This document shows, piece after piece, positions 1-10,286 of a DNA stretch of 64,000 bases (its first letter is position 1; each line of letters opens with the position of its first letter). The DNA lies in the IMG/VR virus record IMGVR_UViG_3300046683_000606, positions 4,570 through 68,569 of that record; one strand, 5' to 3'. The translations under genes and the position numbers were made by a program. This DNA comes from a virus. Under the pieces are notes generated by a model. That model was not told the origin of the DNA. It searched no databases and saw only the letters and a program-made list of their open reading frames with translations.

Positions 1-2
1 CT

Positions 3-1811
3 GGATTGCTTCCACCGATTCCTGAACCTTTGCCCGGTCCTGTGCCTGAAAGTGGTTCGGTTCGCGGTGGACGGTGGACAACTCCTGCCGGATTGATTCC
101 TCCGGCGCCGCCTATTGAGGGCCAATACATTCCGCCATTGGAGCGCGGGGCTGCTGACATTCCCTACGCGCACCAACCGACTCCGCCGACGGTTCCTCCA
201 GAGTTTCGCGTACAAGCTCCGCGCATGGCATCTGGAACGATTCCACCGATCGAGCCGGTTAGCAGTACCACGAACCTTCCCGGCGGTGGTGTCCGCAACG
301 CTCCATTGCTGCCTGGTCCTGCGTCGATCGCTGCGACTGCTCCTCCTCCGGTTGCTGGTAAGTTCCGAATTGAGCCGATCGTGCCAGCAACTCCCACGGT
401 CACTCGCGGAGAAATTGTCGGACGTGGCCAGCTATTCAAAGGGCCGGCACAGATTCCCCAGATTCCGCCTCTCATGCTGCCGGAAAAGGCAACTGGATTT
501 GCGGCGAACAAGTTGCCGTTCAAGGCACCTCTTGAGCCTACTGCACCGACAAAGCCGATCATGGAAGGCGCTCCACCTATTGAGAGACCGACTGGCCAGC
601 TACCTCTCAAGCCCGAAGCTGAACGTGCGGCTGCCATGAAGGAAATTAAACCGCCTTCGGCTAAAGGAAAAATCAAGCCGGTAGCGGAGCGCTTGAGTAC
701 CGAAGAGATTGCCGAAGCGGAAGGACTGCTGGCTTCCGAAGCCGGCGCAATGGCTACAGGCGACCGTCCAGGGGCTTACTTCGATGAGTCTGAACAAGGT
801 GATGTGCGTCTAGGCTCTCGCGGCGCGCAGACTAGGGGCGGAGATTGGCGCGGGGTAAAGAGTGGCCGGAGAATGTATCCGTTCATGCGGGAGAATCCCG
901 ACGTGAATCCGCAAGCGGTCCTGAAAGCGCTGCGGAATAAGGACTCTGCCGCCTACAACAAGCTAATCACGCGCGCCGATAACTTCATCAAAGGAAACTA
1001 CGAAAAACCTCCAGGGATGGGCGCTATGGACTTCCTGAAAGCACTTGAGAATCCAGACGCGGAGCCGGAGACGATCGAACCTGGCGCGGATGTATTCGCT
1101 CCTCCAGAACAAGAAGCTGCTCCAGCACCAACGGCGCCGCGTATCCCTGAAATTGGCAAAGGACAGACGGGAGTGATTCCCGGCATGGAAGAGGACGTAG
1201 CAAAACAGAACCAAGGCGCGGCCAAGGTTGCCGGCGAGAAACTGACTGCCGAAGCTAACCGGCCAAAGGACATTTCCGCGGCCGCTGGCGAGATGGAAAC
1301 CAAGTCTCCATTATTCCGCGGGACGGAAGCTAGTCCGCAACGGGAGATATTCGGCAATGCTCCGCCGGCCGCCAATGAGCCTCCGGCAACTATTGTTCCA
1401 GTCCTGAAAGAAACCGGATGGGGCTACGAAGGCAAGAACAACCTGGGCCAGTACACTATCCGCATGCCGGGTACGGAAGTGCGGATACATCTGTTCGAAC
1501 GGGAACTGAATCCGGACTTCATTAAGCGGCAAATTCTCGCGAAGGAAAAGCAATTCGGCACGCCACAAGAGAAGGCTGGCGGTGGCAACCTGGATGATTC
1601 TCTAAAAAAGGCAGGGAACGACCTGTTAGAAGCCTCAAAGCAACACAAAGCCGGAACTATGAGCGATGAAGATTACATGAATGCTCGCAGGGCGCACGAT
1701 GAGTTGCTTGCAAAATGGGAAGCTGCTCGCGGCGAGGCTCCTCCAACGGGTAAGAAATTAGAGAAGTTCCTTGCACCCACTAATCCCAAAAAAGGCGCTG
1801 TAAACTTCTAA
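3..1811 (+). CDS. 5'-truncated large Pro-rich protein, probable internal virion/ejection protein
   Basis: Frame open from window edge; Pro/Ala/Glu/Lys-rich low complexity; would follow the tail genes at the window end if the genome is circularly permuted. Confidence 0.5.
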   Translation, partial: GLLPPIPEPLPGPVPESGSVRGGRWTTPAGLIPPAPPIEGQYIPPLERGAADIPYAHQPTPPTVPPEFRVQAPRMASGTIPPIEPVSSTTNLPGGGVRNAPLLPGPASIAATAPPPVAGKFRIEPIVPATPTVTRGEIVGRGQLFKGPAQIPQIPPLMLPEKATGFAANKLPFKAPLEPTAPTKPIMEGAPPIERPTGQLPLKPEAERAAAMKEIKPPSAKGKIKPVAERLSTEEIAEAEGLLASEAGAMATGDRPGAYFDESEQGDVRLGSRGAQTRGGDWRGVKSGRRMYPFMRENPDVNPQAVLKALRNKDSAAYNKLITRADNFIKGNYEKPPGMGAMDFLKALENPDAEPETIEPGADVFAPPEQEAAPAPTAPRIPEIGKGQTGVIPGMEEDVAKQNQGAAKVAGEKLTAEANRPKDISAAAGEMETKSPLFRGTEASPQREIFGNAPPAANEPPATIVPVLKETGWGYEGKNNLGQYTIRMPGTEVRIHLFERELNPDFIKRQILAKEKQFGTPQEKAGGGNLDDSLKKAGNDLLEASKQHKAGTMSDEDYMNARRAHDELLAKWEAARGEAPPTGKKLEKFLAPTNPKKGAVNF

Positions 1812-1812
1812 G

Positions 1813-1841
1813 TTGCAATAGAACGCAGATTTGCGTATAAC
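1813..1841 (+). promoter_or_regulatory. Sigma70-type promoter of glycan operon with operator-like palindrome
   Basis: TTGCAA (1813-1818), 17 bp, TATAAC (1836-1841); spacer holds ACGC-agattt-GCGT; ATG at 1849 with no SD. Confidence 0.7.
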
Positions 1842-1848
1842 TTCCTGA

Positions 1849-3696
1849 ATGCGAATCGGGTTAGTTACCAACTTCAAAGGGCGAGGACTGGAATGCGATG
1901 CTCGCCTAATCACTCCGCTGATCGAATCTGCAGGGCATACCGTTGAACGGCTGCAGTATGACGAAAAGCACCACGGCAATTTCGACCTGCTCATATTCCT
2001 AGAAGTGGTTCCGCGGCATCTGGTACGTCTTTCCGACGCTCCACCGTGGGTTATCGTCAATCCTGAATTTCTGGTTCCGGAATACATTTCCACCATTCGC
2101 CGGTCGTTTGGACGGGTGTTTTCTAAAACTCACGAAGCGCAACGCATCTCGAAAGGACTGTTCGGAGATAGGGCGGAATATATCGGATTCCTATCCGAAG
2201 ACCGCTTCGATGAATCGATTGAAAGGCAAATGACGTTTCTGCATGTTGCGGGACACAGCAAAGCCAAAGGAACGGACGCGATTATTGATGCTTGGCGGTG
2301 GACGCGGAACGGTGAACGTCTAAAAGCCAAGTTGACGGTGATAACTGATTTCCCGCCAGAGGATGTTCCCGAAGGCGTCACGATCTTGGAGAATGTGACC
2401 GATGCGGAACTGAAACGGCTGCAGAACGAGTGTCAGTTCCATTTGCAGCCTTCGCAGACCGAAGGATGGTCGCACGTCATTCACGAAGCAATGTCGGTGA
2501 ACGCGACGATTATGACCGTAAGCGCTCCGCCGATGAACGAGATTAAAGCGGCTTACACAATTCCGTCCTGTAGCTCGACACTATTCAATTTGGTGCGGAT
2601 GTATGAAGTCTCGGCGCTGGACGTTTATCAAGCTGTGGTGGACCTGCAAAAACTAGGACGTTGGGGATTTTCTGAACGCGGTACGCCACGCAAGGAATTT
2701 CTTGATGCCGTGAACACGTTCAAGGAAGCATTCGCAGCGCAGTTGGCGACAGCCGGCCAATCCGCGGCGGTTAGGAACGCGAAAGCAAGCCGGACGATCG
2801 CCTTTATTGGCAACTTCGAAGCGGAACACTCGACAGAAAATCAAATCCTGTGGGCTTTGGAGCAAGTACTAGGCTATGAAGTCGATAAGCTGCAGGAAAA
2901 CCGTATCAGCGCAGAGGACATAGAGGATGCTGCTTTAGGAGCGCGTGCGCTGCTTTGGGTTCGCACTCCCGGCTGGCTGCAGATAACAAATGACCGTATG
3001 TTCGAAGTTCTGGAGTACCTGAAACGGCGCAAGGTGGTGACCGCTTCGATTCACCTGGATAAGTTCTGGGACATACCGGAGCGGGAAGCGCTGATCGGTA
3101 AAATTCCTTTCTGGAAGACAGATTACGTATTCACGGCGGACGGATCGCGGCAAGATGATTTCAAGGCGCGGGGAGTGAACCATATCTGGATGCGGCCAGC
3201 GGTTTCCGAAGTCTATTGCCATCCTGGGACGCCAAGAGAGGAGTACCGCTGCGATGTGGGCTTTGTCGGAGCTAAAGGCGGCTATCACTCTGAATATCCT
3301 TTCCGTCAACGGATGGTCGAGTTCCTAGAAGAGACTTACGGAAGCAGGTTCAAGCACGTTCAAGGCGTTCGCGGCCACTTGCTAAACGACGTTTACGCTT
3401 CGATGAAAGTGGTGGTCGGAGATTGCTTCGGGGCGGGGATTCCTTACTATTGGAGTGATCGGTTGCCGGAAACTTGCGGACGCTTCGGCTATTTGCTGCA
3501 CCCGACGGTAGAAGGGCTCAACGTTCCAGTTCTGCAGTACGAAGCACAGAATTTAGATTCCCTTCGCGAGTATGTTGACGCTGCTATTCAAATGCCTTGG
3601 GACGTGCGGAGAGATGCAGCCTTTAGCTGTGCCATGCACGTTCATTTGAACGACACCTGGACAATCCGCATGGCAGAGATTATGGAGCAACTGTGA
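1849..3696 (+). CDS. Two-domain glycosyltransferase (GT4-like plus CgeB/Glyco_trans_1_2-like)
   Basis: N-half has EX7E motif PSQTEGWSHVIHEAM; C-half has DVGFVG and YWSDRLPETCG motifs. Confidence 0.85.
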   Translation: MRIGLVTNFKGRGLECDARLITPLIESAGHTVERLQYDEKHHGNFDLLIFLEVVPRHLVRLSDAPPWVIVNPEFLVPEYISTIRRSFGRVFSKTHEAQRISKGLFGDRAEYIGFLSEDRFDESIERQMTFLHVAGHSKAKGTDAIIDAWRWTRNGERLKAKLTVITDFPPEDVPEGVTILENVTDAELKRLQNECQFHLQPSQTEGWSHVIHEAMSVNATIMTVSAPPMNEIKAAYTIPSCSSTLFNLVRMYEVSALDVYQAVVDLQKLGRWGFSERGTPRKEFLDAVNTFKEAFAAQLATAGQSAAVRNAKASRTIAFIGNFEAEHSTENQILWALEQVLGYEVDKLQENRISAEDIEDAALGARALLWVRTPGWLQITNDRMFEVLEYLKRRKVVTASIHLDKFWDIPEREALIGKIPFWKTDYVFTADGSRQDDFKARGVNHIWMRPAVSEVYCHPGTPREEYRCDVGFVGAKGGYHSEYPFRQRMVEFLEETYGSRFKHVQGVRGHLLNDVYASMKVVVGDCFGAGIPYYWSDRLPETCGRFGYLLHPTVEGLNVPVLQYEAQNLDSLREYVDAAIQMPWDVRRDAAFSCAMHVHLNDTWTIRMAEIMEQL

Positions 3697-4559
3697 CCAA
3701 ACTCTACATTGCCGGAGCAAACGGATTTATCGGCACTCACCTAAAGGAATACGTTCTGAAGAATACGGATTGGAAAATTTCTACCATACTAGACTCTCCG
3801 GATTACATCGTTCACCTGGCGGGACACTCGCAGATTGACAGGTCAATCAAAGACCCGGTTTTGGTTAACCGGGATATTGAAACAACGATGCAACTTCTGG
3901 AATGTGCGCGAGAGATTACGCAACTTAAAAAGTTCTTGTACTTTTCCAGCGATGAAGTGTTTGGGCCAAAGGAAGTCATTGAGGATTTTAGACCCAATGA
4001 TCGCCATAACCCATACAGTCCCTATGCTGCCGGGAAGTCGGCTTGCGAATCGCTCTGTATGGCTTGGGCCAGAACCTACAACGTTCCGACGACAATTACC
4101 CATTGCCAGAATCTTTTCGGGGAAAGACAGCCAGCGAATAAGTTTCTGCCAACCGTTGTCCGGTGCGCGCTGCGTAATGAACCTGTTCCGATTTATGCCC
4201 CTCCCAGTAGAATGCCAAACGGTTTTGGTAAAAGAGATTTCCTTCACGTTCGGGACGCTTGCTCCGCGATTATGATGCTGCTGGATCGTGGCTGGTCTCG
4301 CCAGAAATACAATATCTCGCCTGACTTTGACTACACTCCTGAATACATTGTCGGGCTGGTTTCGATAGTTCTTGAAAAGGACATAAAAACTACTGTTCGG
4401 GAATATAGTGGCGTGCGTCCAGGCTTTTTCTTGGAACATGGATTGAATGGGAACAAACTGAAAGAACTGGGATGGGAGCGTAGGGCATTGAATGAATCTA
4501 TTGAGCAAACGGTGCGCTGGCTCATTCAACCGGAGAATAGACATTGGCTCGGCCTATAA
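3693..4559 (+). CDS. NAD-dependent epimerase/dehydratase, dTDP-glucose 4,6-dehydratase-like
   Basis: GANGFIG Rossmann motif, SSDEVFG, YAAGK (YxxxK), RDFLHVRD. Confidence 0.9.
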   Translation: MTKLYIAGANGFIGTHLKEYVLKNTDWKISTILDSPDYIVHLAGHSQIDRSIKDPVLVNRDIETTMQLLECAREITQLKKFLYFSSDEVFGPKEVIEDFRPNDRHNPYSPYAAGKSACESLCMAWARTYNVPTTITHCQNLFGERQPANKFLPTVVRCALRNEPVPIYAPPSRMPNGFGKRDFLHVRDACSAIMMLLDRGWSRQKYNISPDFDYTPEYIVGLVSIVLEKDIKTTVREYSGVRPGFFLEHGLNGNKLKELGWERRALNESIEQTVRWLIQPENRHWLGL

Positions 4560-5455
4560 ACGTAGTCTGGCACGCAATGTCGAACGGGCGCGGCCTGTTC
4601 AACTGTACGGCCATGCTCAACGATATGCTGGACCTGTACGACTGCCAGCACTACGGCGGCGCGAACCAGATGCCGCATTTCTTTTCATCCGGTGACGAAG
4701 GGGCAATCGTCGTTGTCCACGGCGGCCGGGAGATAGGCGGACTCGAAAAACTGCAAAGGGACATTGACCAGCTAAATTGGTGCTTGCTCATTTTCCTGGG
4801 AGATGAAGAAGCGAGTTTCCCCGCGGAACTGGTGCAACACGAAAACATGATCGTTTGGGTGCAAGAGCCGCTACCAGGGAAACACGACTTCGCCAAACGA
4901 TTCATGGTCAACGGCTACGGCCACGAACACAACCGCTATCTCGTCAAGTGCGAGAAGGATTTGGACTGGTTTTACGGAGGCCAAGTCACGCACGAACGGC
5001 GCCGTGCGGTGGTAGATGCGTTGCGGAATGTGGATTGGGGAGGCTTCATAATCGAAACGCGGGGCTATCACCAAGGAATTTCCCTGCAGGAATACTATCG
5101 CTGCTTATGCCGCGCAAAGGTCGTTCCGTGCCCTTCCGGGCCTTTCTCTCCAGATGCCGCTAGAATTTGGGACACGTTAGAATGCGGGGGGATTCCTATT
5201 CTGGACGATGTAAGCCCTGCCAGAACGGAACCTGGATTCTGGGCGTACACACTTGGCGAGCATCCTATGCCGGTGGTAACCGACTGGTCCACGCTGCCAG
5301 CGCTGATCGAAAGTATGAAACGGGAAAATTTTGAGCGTCTTGCTGGTGAATGTCAGGTATGGTGGTTTCACTACCTACAGGGATTTACCAACTGGCTTTT
5401 GGAAGACATTGAGCAACTGACAGGAGAGCCGTGTACCAAAATCTCATCACGGTAA
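4544..5455 (+). CDS. Exostosin (GT47)-like glycosyltransferase
   Basis: YYRCLCRAKVVPCPSG...ARIWDTLECGGIPIL matches the exostosin C-terminal pattern. Confidence 0.7.
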   Translation: MARPINVVWHAMSNGRGLFNCTAMLNDMLDLYDCQHYGGANQMPHFFSSGDEGAIVVVHGGREIGGLEKLQRDIDQLNWCLLIFLGDEEASFPAELVQHENMIVWVQEPLPGKHDFAKRFMVNGYGHEHNRYLVKCEKDLDWFYGGQVTHERRRAVVDALRNVDWGGFIIETRGYHQGISLQEYYRCLCRAKVVPCPSGPFSPDAARIWDTLECGGIPILDDVSPARTEPGFWAYTLGEHPMPVVTDWSTLPALIESMKRENFERLAGECQVWWFHYLQGFTNWLLEDIEQLTGEPCTKISSR

Positions 5456-6210
5456 TTACCAGCACTTCGCCGCTTGCTTCACACCCTTCATCGGAGATAT
5501 TCGACAAGGTTTATGAAAGCACGCAATTCCATCTGCCGGGAGTCATCACGCATTTATGTTGCGACGGCGTTCGCGAACCGGAGCATGAAAATAGACGCGC
5601 CGGGTACGAAGGCTACAAGGAAAAGCTCCGTAACCGTCCATTCATTCAAATGCGGGAATGGCCTAAATCCGTCCAGCAAGGGTTCATGGTGCGCTCGGCA
5701 TTGCGGCACGTCACGACTCCTTTGGTGCTCTGGCAGGAGCATGACTACGCTTTGACTCTTGACCCGATCGACTGGGAAGGGATTATCAACGCCATTCAAC
5801 AGGATCGTGCTCGCGTCGTTCGATTCCACAACACTCCGGAGATTCACCCGCTTCACCAACACCTGATGCTTGATTGCTACGAAGGCGCCGACGGCGAGCA
5901 TGGCGGAGTAAAAGTGTCCGACCCGCCACTGGTTTGTGGCGTGCCGATGATTCGCACCATACAGTTCTGGTGCTGTCCGTTCCTGACTACGACTGAATGG
6001 CTTTCTGGGATGATGGAAGACCCGACATTGTTCACTCCAAACACGTACTGCGAGATTGAGCCGGTGATCTACGGACCAATTTCCTATAGACCCTGGCAAG
6101 ACTACAAGGTGATGGTCTACGCTCCGTCTGAACCTTCCATTCAGCGCAGTCAACATCTTGGCGGTCGCGGACACGACAATGCCGATCCAAAGAGGCCAAT
6201 GACATGGTGA
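5431..6210 (+). CDS. GT-A fold glycosyltransferase
   Basis: ITVITST start, CDG, ALRHVTTPLVLWQEHD (DxD-equivalent); operon context. Confidence 0.7.
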   Translation: MYQNLITVITSTSPLASHPSSEIFDKVYESTQFHLPGVITHLCCDGVREPEHENRRAGYEGYKEKLRNRPFIQMREWPKSVQQGFMVRSALRHVTTPLVLWQEHDYALTLDPIDWEGIINAIQQDRARVVRFHNTPEIHPLHQHLMLDCYEGADGEHGGVKVSDPPLVCGVPMIRTIQFWCCPFLTTTEWLSGMMEDPTLFTPNTYCEIEPVIYGPISYRPWQDYKVMVYAPSEPSIQRSQHLGGRGHDNADPKRPMTW

Positions 6211-6758
6211 ACCTTGAACGCGCAGAGCAGGTAACCGGATGGATGAGCCGCCCCGAAATGGAATGGCTGGCGGAACAAGCCAAGAATGGCCTGGTCGTCG
6301 AGATTGGCTGCTGGATGGGCCGCACGACGCGCGCCATGGCCGACAACAAACGCAGCGGGAATATCTTTGCCGTGGATACCTGGAAGGGCAGTGAAGAGAA
6401 CCAGGACTTCCTAAAGGACAAGCCGGAAGATTACCTATTCCAAGAGTTTTCTAAGAACCTGGCGGACCATATAGCAAGCGACCTGGTTACTCCGCTGCGT
6501 ATGGATTCCTTGAGTGCGGCATATCACTTTGCACGCTTGGGAACAAAATTTAAGTTCGTTTTTATCGATGCGTCGCATGATGAATCGGTGAGGGCCGACA
6601 TTATAGCTTGGAGGCCGCTAGTGGAGCCGGGTGGTGTTTTGGCCGGCCACGATTACGATTGGGGCTACCCTGCCGTGGTGCATGCCGTCCGCGAGCTAAT
6701 TTCAGAAACTCCTAATCAAGCTGCCGGCGGTTCTTCCATTTGGTACACGCAAATATGA
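6204..6758 (+). CDS. Class I SAM methyltransferase (Methyltransf_24-like)
   Basis: VVEIGCWMGRTT, AVDTW, FVFIDASH, PGGVLAGHDY. Confidence 0.9.
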   Translation: MVNLERAEQVTGWMSRPEMEWLAEQAKNGLVVEIGCWMGRTTRAMADNKRSGNIFAVDTWKGSEENQDFLKDKPEDYLFQEFSKNLADHIASDLVTPLRMDSLSAAYHFARLGTKFKFVFIDASHDESVRADIIAWRPLVEPGGVLAGHDYDWGYPAVVHAVRELISETPNQAAGGSSIWYTQI

Positions 6759-7561
6759 CCCGGATAAATCGCATGGTTGACGGAGTGATTGTCGGGGATG
6801 AGATTGGAAGGTACGAAGCCGGAAACAAGTTTCGGCCGGTCGAAACGATCGATTTCGTAGAACAAGCCATTAACGACCGCTGGAACATCCGCATTCCCAG
6901 ATGTATTGCCGAATATCACGGTTGGTGGGATACCTGGGAAAAAGAACGGCATCTTTCTATGGCCAAGCATCTCAAGCCGGGAATGTCGTTTTTCGATGTG
7001 GGAACGTGCGACGGTTGGGAAGCTGTAGTGTATTCCCAGATGCTTGGTGGCGCTAAGAAAATGATGTTGATCGAACCTTCGGTAGTGATGTGGCCGAATA
7101 TAAAACTCATGTGGGAGAAAAACAGGCTGGCCAAGCCACTAGCTACTTATTGCGGTTTCGCGTCGGATGTGGACAGTTCCGATAGAAGCTCAGTGAACCA
7201 TAGCCGCTGGCCAAGAGAAGCGCGTGGAGATTTTATGAAGGGCAACGCTTTTATGCTCATGGAACGGAATGAGCATGCCGCGATACCGCGCAGGAAACTA
7301 GACACATTGGCTTCGCAGACTTTTGTTCCCGACGCGATAAGCATTGATGTAGAGGGAGCGGAATTGCTGGTATTGCGGGGAGCGCAGAAAATTCTGGAGA
7401 AAAAACATCCTTTGGTCTGGGCGTCGATTCATCCGGAGTTTATCAAGAGGTTTGGACACACTCCGGATATGCTGCATGAGTTTATGACTGACTGTGGATA
7501 TTCAGGCGAATATCTTGGGAACGATCACGAAGATCACTATTTCTTTAAGGCAAAAAAATGA
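6755..7561 (+). CDS. FkbM-family methyltransferase
   Basis: FFDVGTCDG, IEP, ISIDVEGAELLVLRGA; ATGA overlap start. Confidence 0.85.
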   Translation: MTRINRMVDGVIVGDEIGRYEAGNKFRPVETIDFVEQAINDRWNIRIPRCIAEYHGWWDTWEKERHLSMAKHLKPGMSFFDVGTCDGWEAVVYSQMLGGAKKMMLIEPSVVMWPNIKLMWEKNRLAKPLATYCGFASDVDSSDRSSVNHSRWPREARGDFMKGNAFMLMERNEHAAIPRRKLDTLASQTFVPDAISIDVEGAELLVLRGAQKILEKKHPLVWASIHPEFIKRFGHTPDMLHEFMTDCGYSGEYLGNDHEDHYFFKAKK

Positions 7562-8649
7562 ACTGGCCTAGCGTCTCGATTGCTTTCCCTTGCTGGCACC
7601 GCGGAGCGCTGCTTCGGAACACTCTTGAAAGCATCCGCAAGCAGAACTATCCCGGTGAACTGGAATTGATCGTAGTGGAAGAGGACGACGACGGGCTGAC
7701 AGAAAACTTGGCAACGGAGTTCGGAGCGCGGTATATACGCAATCCGCGGCTGGAGGCTTTCCCGGTTTTTCAGTCCATTACAAAGCTCTGGAACATGTGT
7801 TTGCACGCGACCACCAATGAGATTGTGATTCTGCAGTGTGCCGAAGTGCTGCACAAGAACGACGCGATAATCCCGTTGGTAGTGCGCGTACTGGGCGGCC
7901 ACAAGATTCTGGCAACTCCACTGATCGAAGACTTGAACCAGGATGGAACGTTTGCCGGCTGGTACAACCACCCGACCGAAGGCTCACGGCCGGGATGGGT
8001 TTCTGGCGCTGGACCACACTGCTTCCGTCGCGAGGAGATGCTAGAAGTCGGCGGCTATGAGGAGTTGTTCTACGGCTACGGCGGAGAGGACAACTATCTT
8101 TTCTTCTTGCTCAAGAAAAATGGATGGAGCGTTGAATACGTGGAATCTGCCTTGTGCGGTCATCAATGGCACGAACGGACCAAGTACGAGCCAACGACCG
8201 GCTACGCTAACCGTTCGCTAATCAACATCCTGACTATGGAAGTGGACAGAGGGACGCGCGCGCCAGTTGCCAATAAAGAACCTCTCGATTTGCGCGAGAG
8301 TCCCAATGTTTCGGAACTTAACAATGTTCTGCTACGCACCAACTATTTTCCGATGAGCGACACTTTTTCAAAATGGCGTGCGGAATGGTTGCAGATTGGT
8401 ACGGAGACCCATCCTGACAACCTGTTTGTGGTGCAACGGATTGTGGCCAATGAAGGATTGGGAAAGGTCTCGGAGATTGGAGAAGCGCTTACCGAATGCG
8501 CTTGGGCCATTCTGCGGGAGACAGAGGCTAGGTTTGTGGCTGCCCTGGCTTACGGGAACTGGAAAACCAGAGCATCTTTCTGCGCCGACATTCATGCAAC
8601 TTGGGCTGCGCTTTCTCTCGACAAAGCCAAACAGCTAATGGAGAAATGA
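7558..8649 (+). CDS. GT2-family glycosyltransferase with C-terminal extension
   Basis: PSVSIAFPCWHR...LESIRKQNY...ELIVVEE; GGYEELFYGYGGED and HQWH motifs. Confidence 0.85.
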   Translation: MNWPSVSIAFPCWHRGALLRNTLESIRKQNYPGELELIVVEEDDDGLTENLATEFGARYIRNPRLEAFPVFQSITKLWNMCLHATTNEIVILQCAEVLHKNDAIIPLVVRVLGGHKILATPLIEDLNQDGTFAGWYNHPTEGSRPGWVSGAGPHCFRREEMLEVGGYEELFYGYGGEDNYLFFLLKKNGWSVEYVESALCGHQWHERTKYEPTTGYANRSLINILTMEVDRGTRAPVANKEPLDLRESPNVSELNNVLLRTNYFPMSDTFSKWRAEWLQIGTETHPDNLFVVQRIVANEGLGKVSEIGEALTECAWAILRETEARFVAALAYGNWKTRASFCADIHATWAALSLDKAKQLMEK

Positions 8650-9284
8650 TGAGGGCCGATTCTCCGGATGTGTCGATGTGGAAAGTGATAATCAATGAGC
8701 AAAACTACACTCCGAAGTCTGGTGACAGAGTCCTAGACCTGGGCGCGCACCACGGATTCTTTTCCATGTATTGCTCGGCGCGGGGAGCGCTGGTACGGGC
8801 CTTTGAGCCCGATCCTGACAACTTCATTCAACTGGAACAAAAGATTGCCATTGCCAAGAATATGGACGCTCCTCCGTTTACCGCAATCCAGGCGGCGGTA
8901 TGGAGCGAATCGGGGGAAAAACTGTTGTGGCGAGACCCGGCCGACTCCGGCGCCAATTCCATGCTTCGGGCTATGTCTGACTTTTCGATCATGGTAAAGA
9001 CAGTCAGTTTGTCGGAAGCCTTGTGCGGCAACCGATGGGACTGCGTAAAGGTGGATGTAGAGGGCGCGGAAGCGCAAATCTTCCTTACCGCAAAAGCAGA
9101 GAGTTACCGGCAGATCGCCTACCTGACAATGGAGTTGCACAACGATGTGCTGACCCAAGAGCAAAACCGGGCGCTGGTGATGAGGATGCGGAAAGAGTTT
9201 CCGCGGGTAGTCGAAACGAAACAATACTTCGAAGGGCTGCCGACGGAGTTTGCTTGCAAAGTGTTTTGTTGGGGGAGCGTATGA
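8646..9284 (+). CDS. FkbM-family methyltransferase
   Basis: VLDLGAHHGFFS, AFEPDPDNF, VKVDVEGAE, MELH; ATGA overlap start. Confidence 0.9.
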   Translation: MMRADSPDVSMWKVIINEQNYTPKSGDRVLDLGAHHGFFSMYCSARGALVRAFEPDPDNFIQLEQKIAIAKNMDAPPFTAIQAAVWSESGEKLLWRDPADSGANSMLRAMSDFSIMVKTVSLSEALCGNRWDCVKVDVEGAEAQIFLTAKAESYRQIAYLTMELHNDVLTQEQNRALVMRMRKEFPRVVETKQYFEGLPTEFACKVFCWGSV

Positions 9285-10237
9285 GAGAAGTGGTGATTGT
9301 GCCGACGTTCCGTCGCGAAGAGTTGCTTCATTGCTGTTTGAGGCGGATTCGTTCTTTCGAAGGCGATATTCCCATTCGCGTTTTTCCGGATCGCGGCACT
9401 TCCTACGGTCACTTGGTCACCACAATTTGCGATGAATTTGAGGCGGAGCAGCACATAGTTCCTATACATGATTCCTATGGAAACACGGCCAATGTGATGG
9501 ATGCCTACTTCTGGGCCTACAATAATGGCTACGATCGCGTCTTTTTTGTAGAGTCTGACGTGATGGTGCATTCTGACTTTTTCTCTTGGCATCGCGAGAT
9601 GCAGGAAGAGTTTCCAGACATTTTCTGTTCGATGGGCTGGATATTCAACCGCGAAGCACCGATCACCGATGACCTTCTTTTTCAACCCTGGTACTACAGT
9701 ATCGGGACGTGCTTTTCGCGGGAGAAACTGAAACTGATCGCCAAGCATGCGACTGAACGGTATTACTCGGATATGGTTGGATACCTGGAACGGAATTTCG
9801 AGATGCCGCACAACTTCTCAGGCGTCCACTGGGAGCAAGACGGTTTGATTCAACGAGTGCTCAACCAAGACAAGAGCCAGACGGTAGCGCCTGGGATTGC
9901 CAAGTGCTCCCACGTTGGAGCGGTCAGAAGTTATGGCGACGGCACGCAGCGGAGCTACGAAGAGTTTTTCGGCCTTAAAGATGTTCCATTTCTCGACCGG
10001 GTAAAGAAAGTTGAGGAGTTCATTGCCGACCCCTATGCTCGCATGGCTGTATTCGGACGGGCTCTGGTCGAGCGGGAAGTGGGCAGAGTGCTCCCGAAAC
10101 AGGAATTTAGCTATAGGCTTATTTTTCCCGGCGGTTGGGAAAGCACCTTCAAATCTGAACTGAAACTGGCGGCTTTACCAAAGCGAAGGATTAATTCAGT
10201 CCCTATGACGGATGAAGCTAAAATCGTGCTAGAGTAG
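9281..10237 (+). CDS. GT-A fold glycosyltransferase
   Basis: True start likely MREVVIVPTFRR (SD gggag); VFFVESDVMVHSDFF acidic motif; HVG. Confidence 0.7.
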   Translation: MREVVIVPTFRREELLHCCLRRIRSFEGDIPIRVFPDRGTSYGHLVTTICDEFEAEQHIVPIHDSYGNTANVMDAYFWAYNNGYDRVFFVESDVMVHSDFFSWHREMQEEFPDIFCSMGWIFNREAPITDDLLFQPWYYSIGTCFSREKLKLIAKHATERYYSDMVGYLERNFEMPHNFSGVHWEQDGLIQRVLNQDKSQTVAPGIAKCSHVGAVRSYGDGTQRSYEEFFGLKDVPFLDRVKKVEEFIADPYARMAVFGRALVEREVGRVLPKQEFSYRLIFPGGWESTFKSELKLAALPKRRINSVPMTDEAKIVLE

Positions 10238-10286
10238 CGAGCAATCGCAGTATCGGGCTGCGGCAAATCATTGAGAGGCAAGCCCG

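Noticed and set aside
1849-10237. Host LPS/capsule locus flanking a prophage
   Set aside because: Embedded between phage-type genes, lacks wzx/wzy/ABC export genes, and its promoter shares the phage operator motif.
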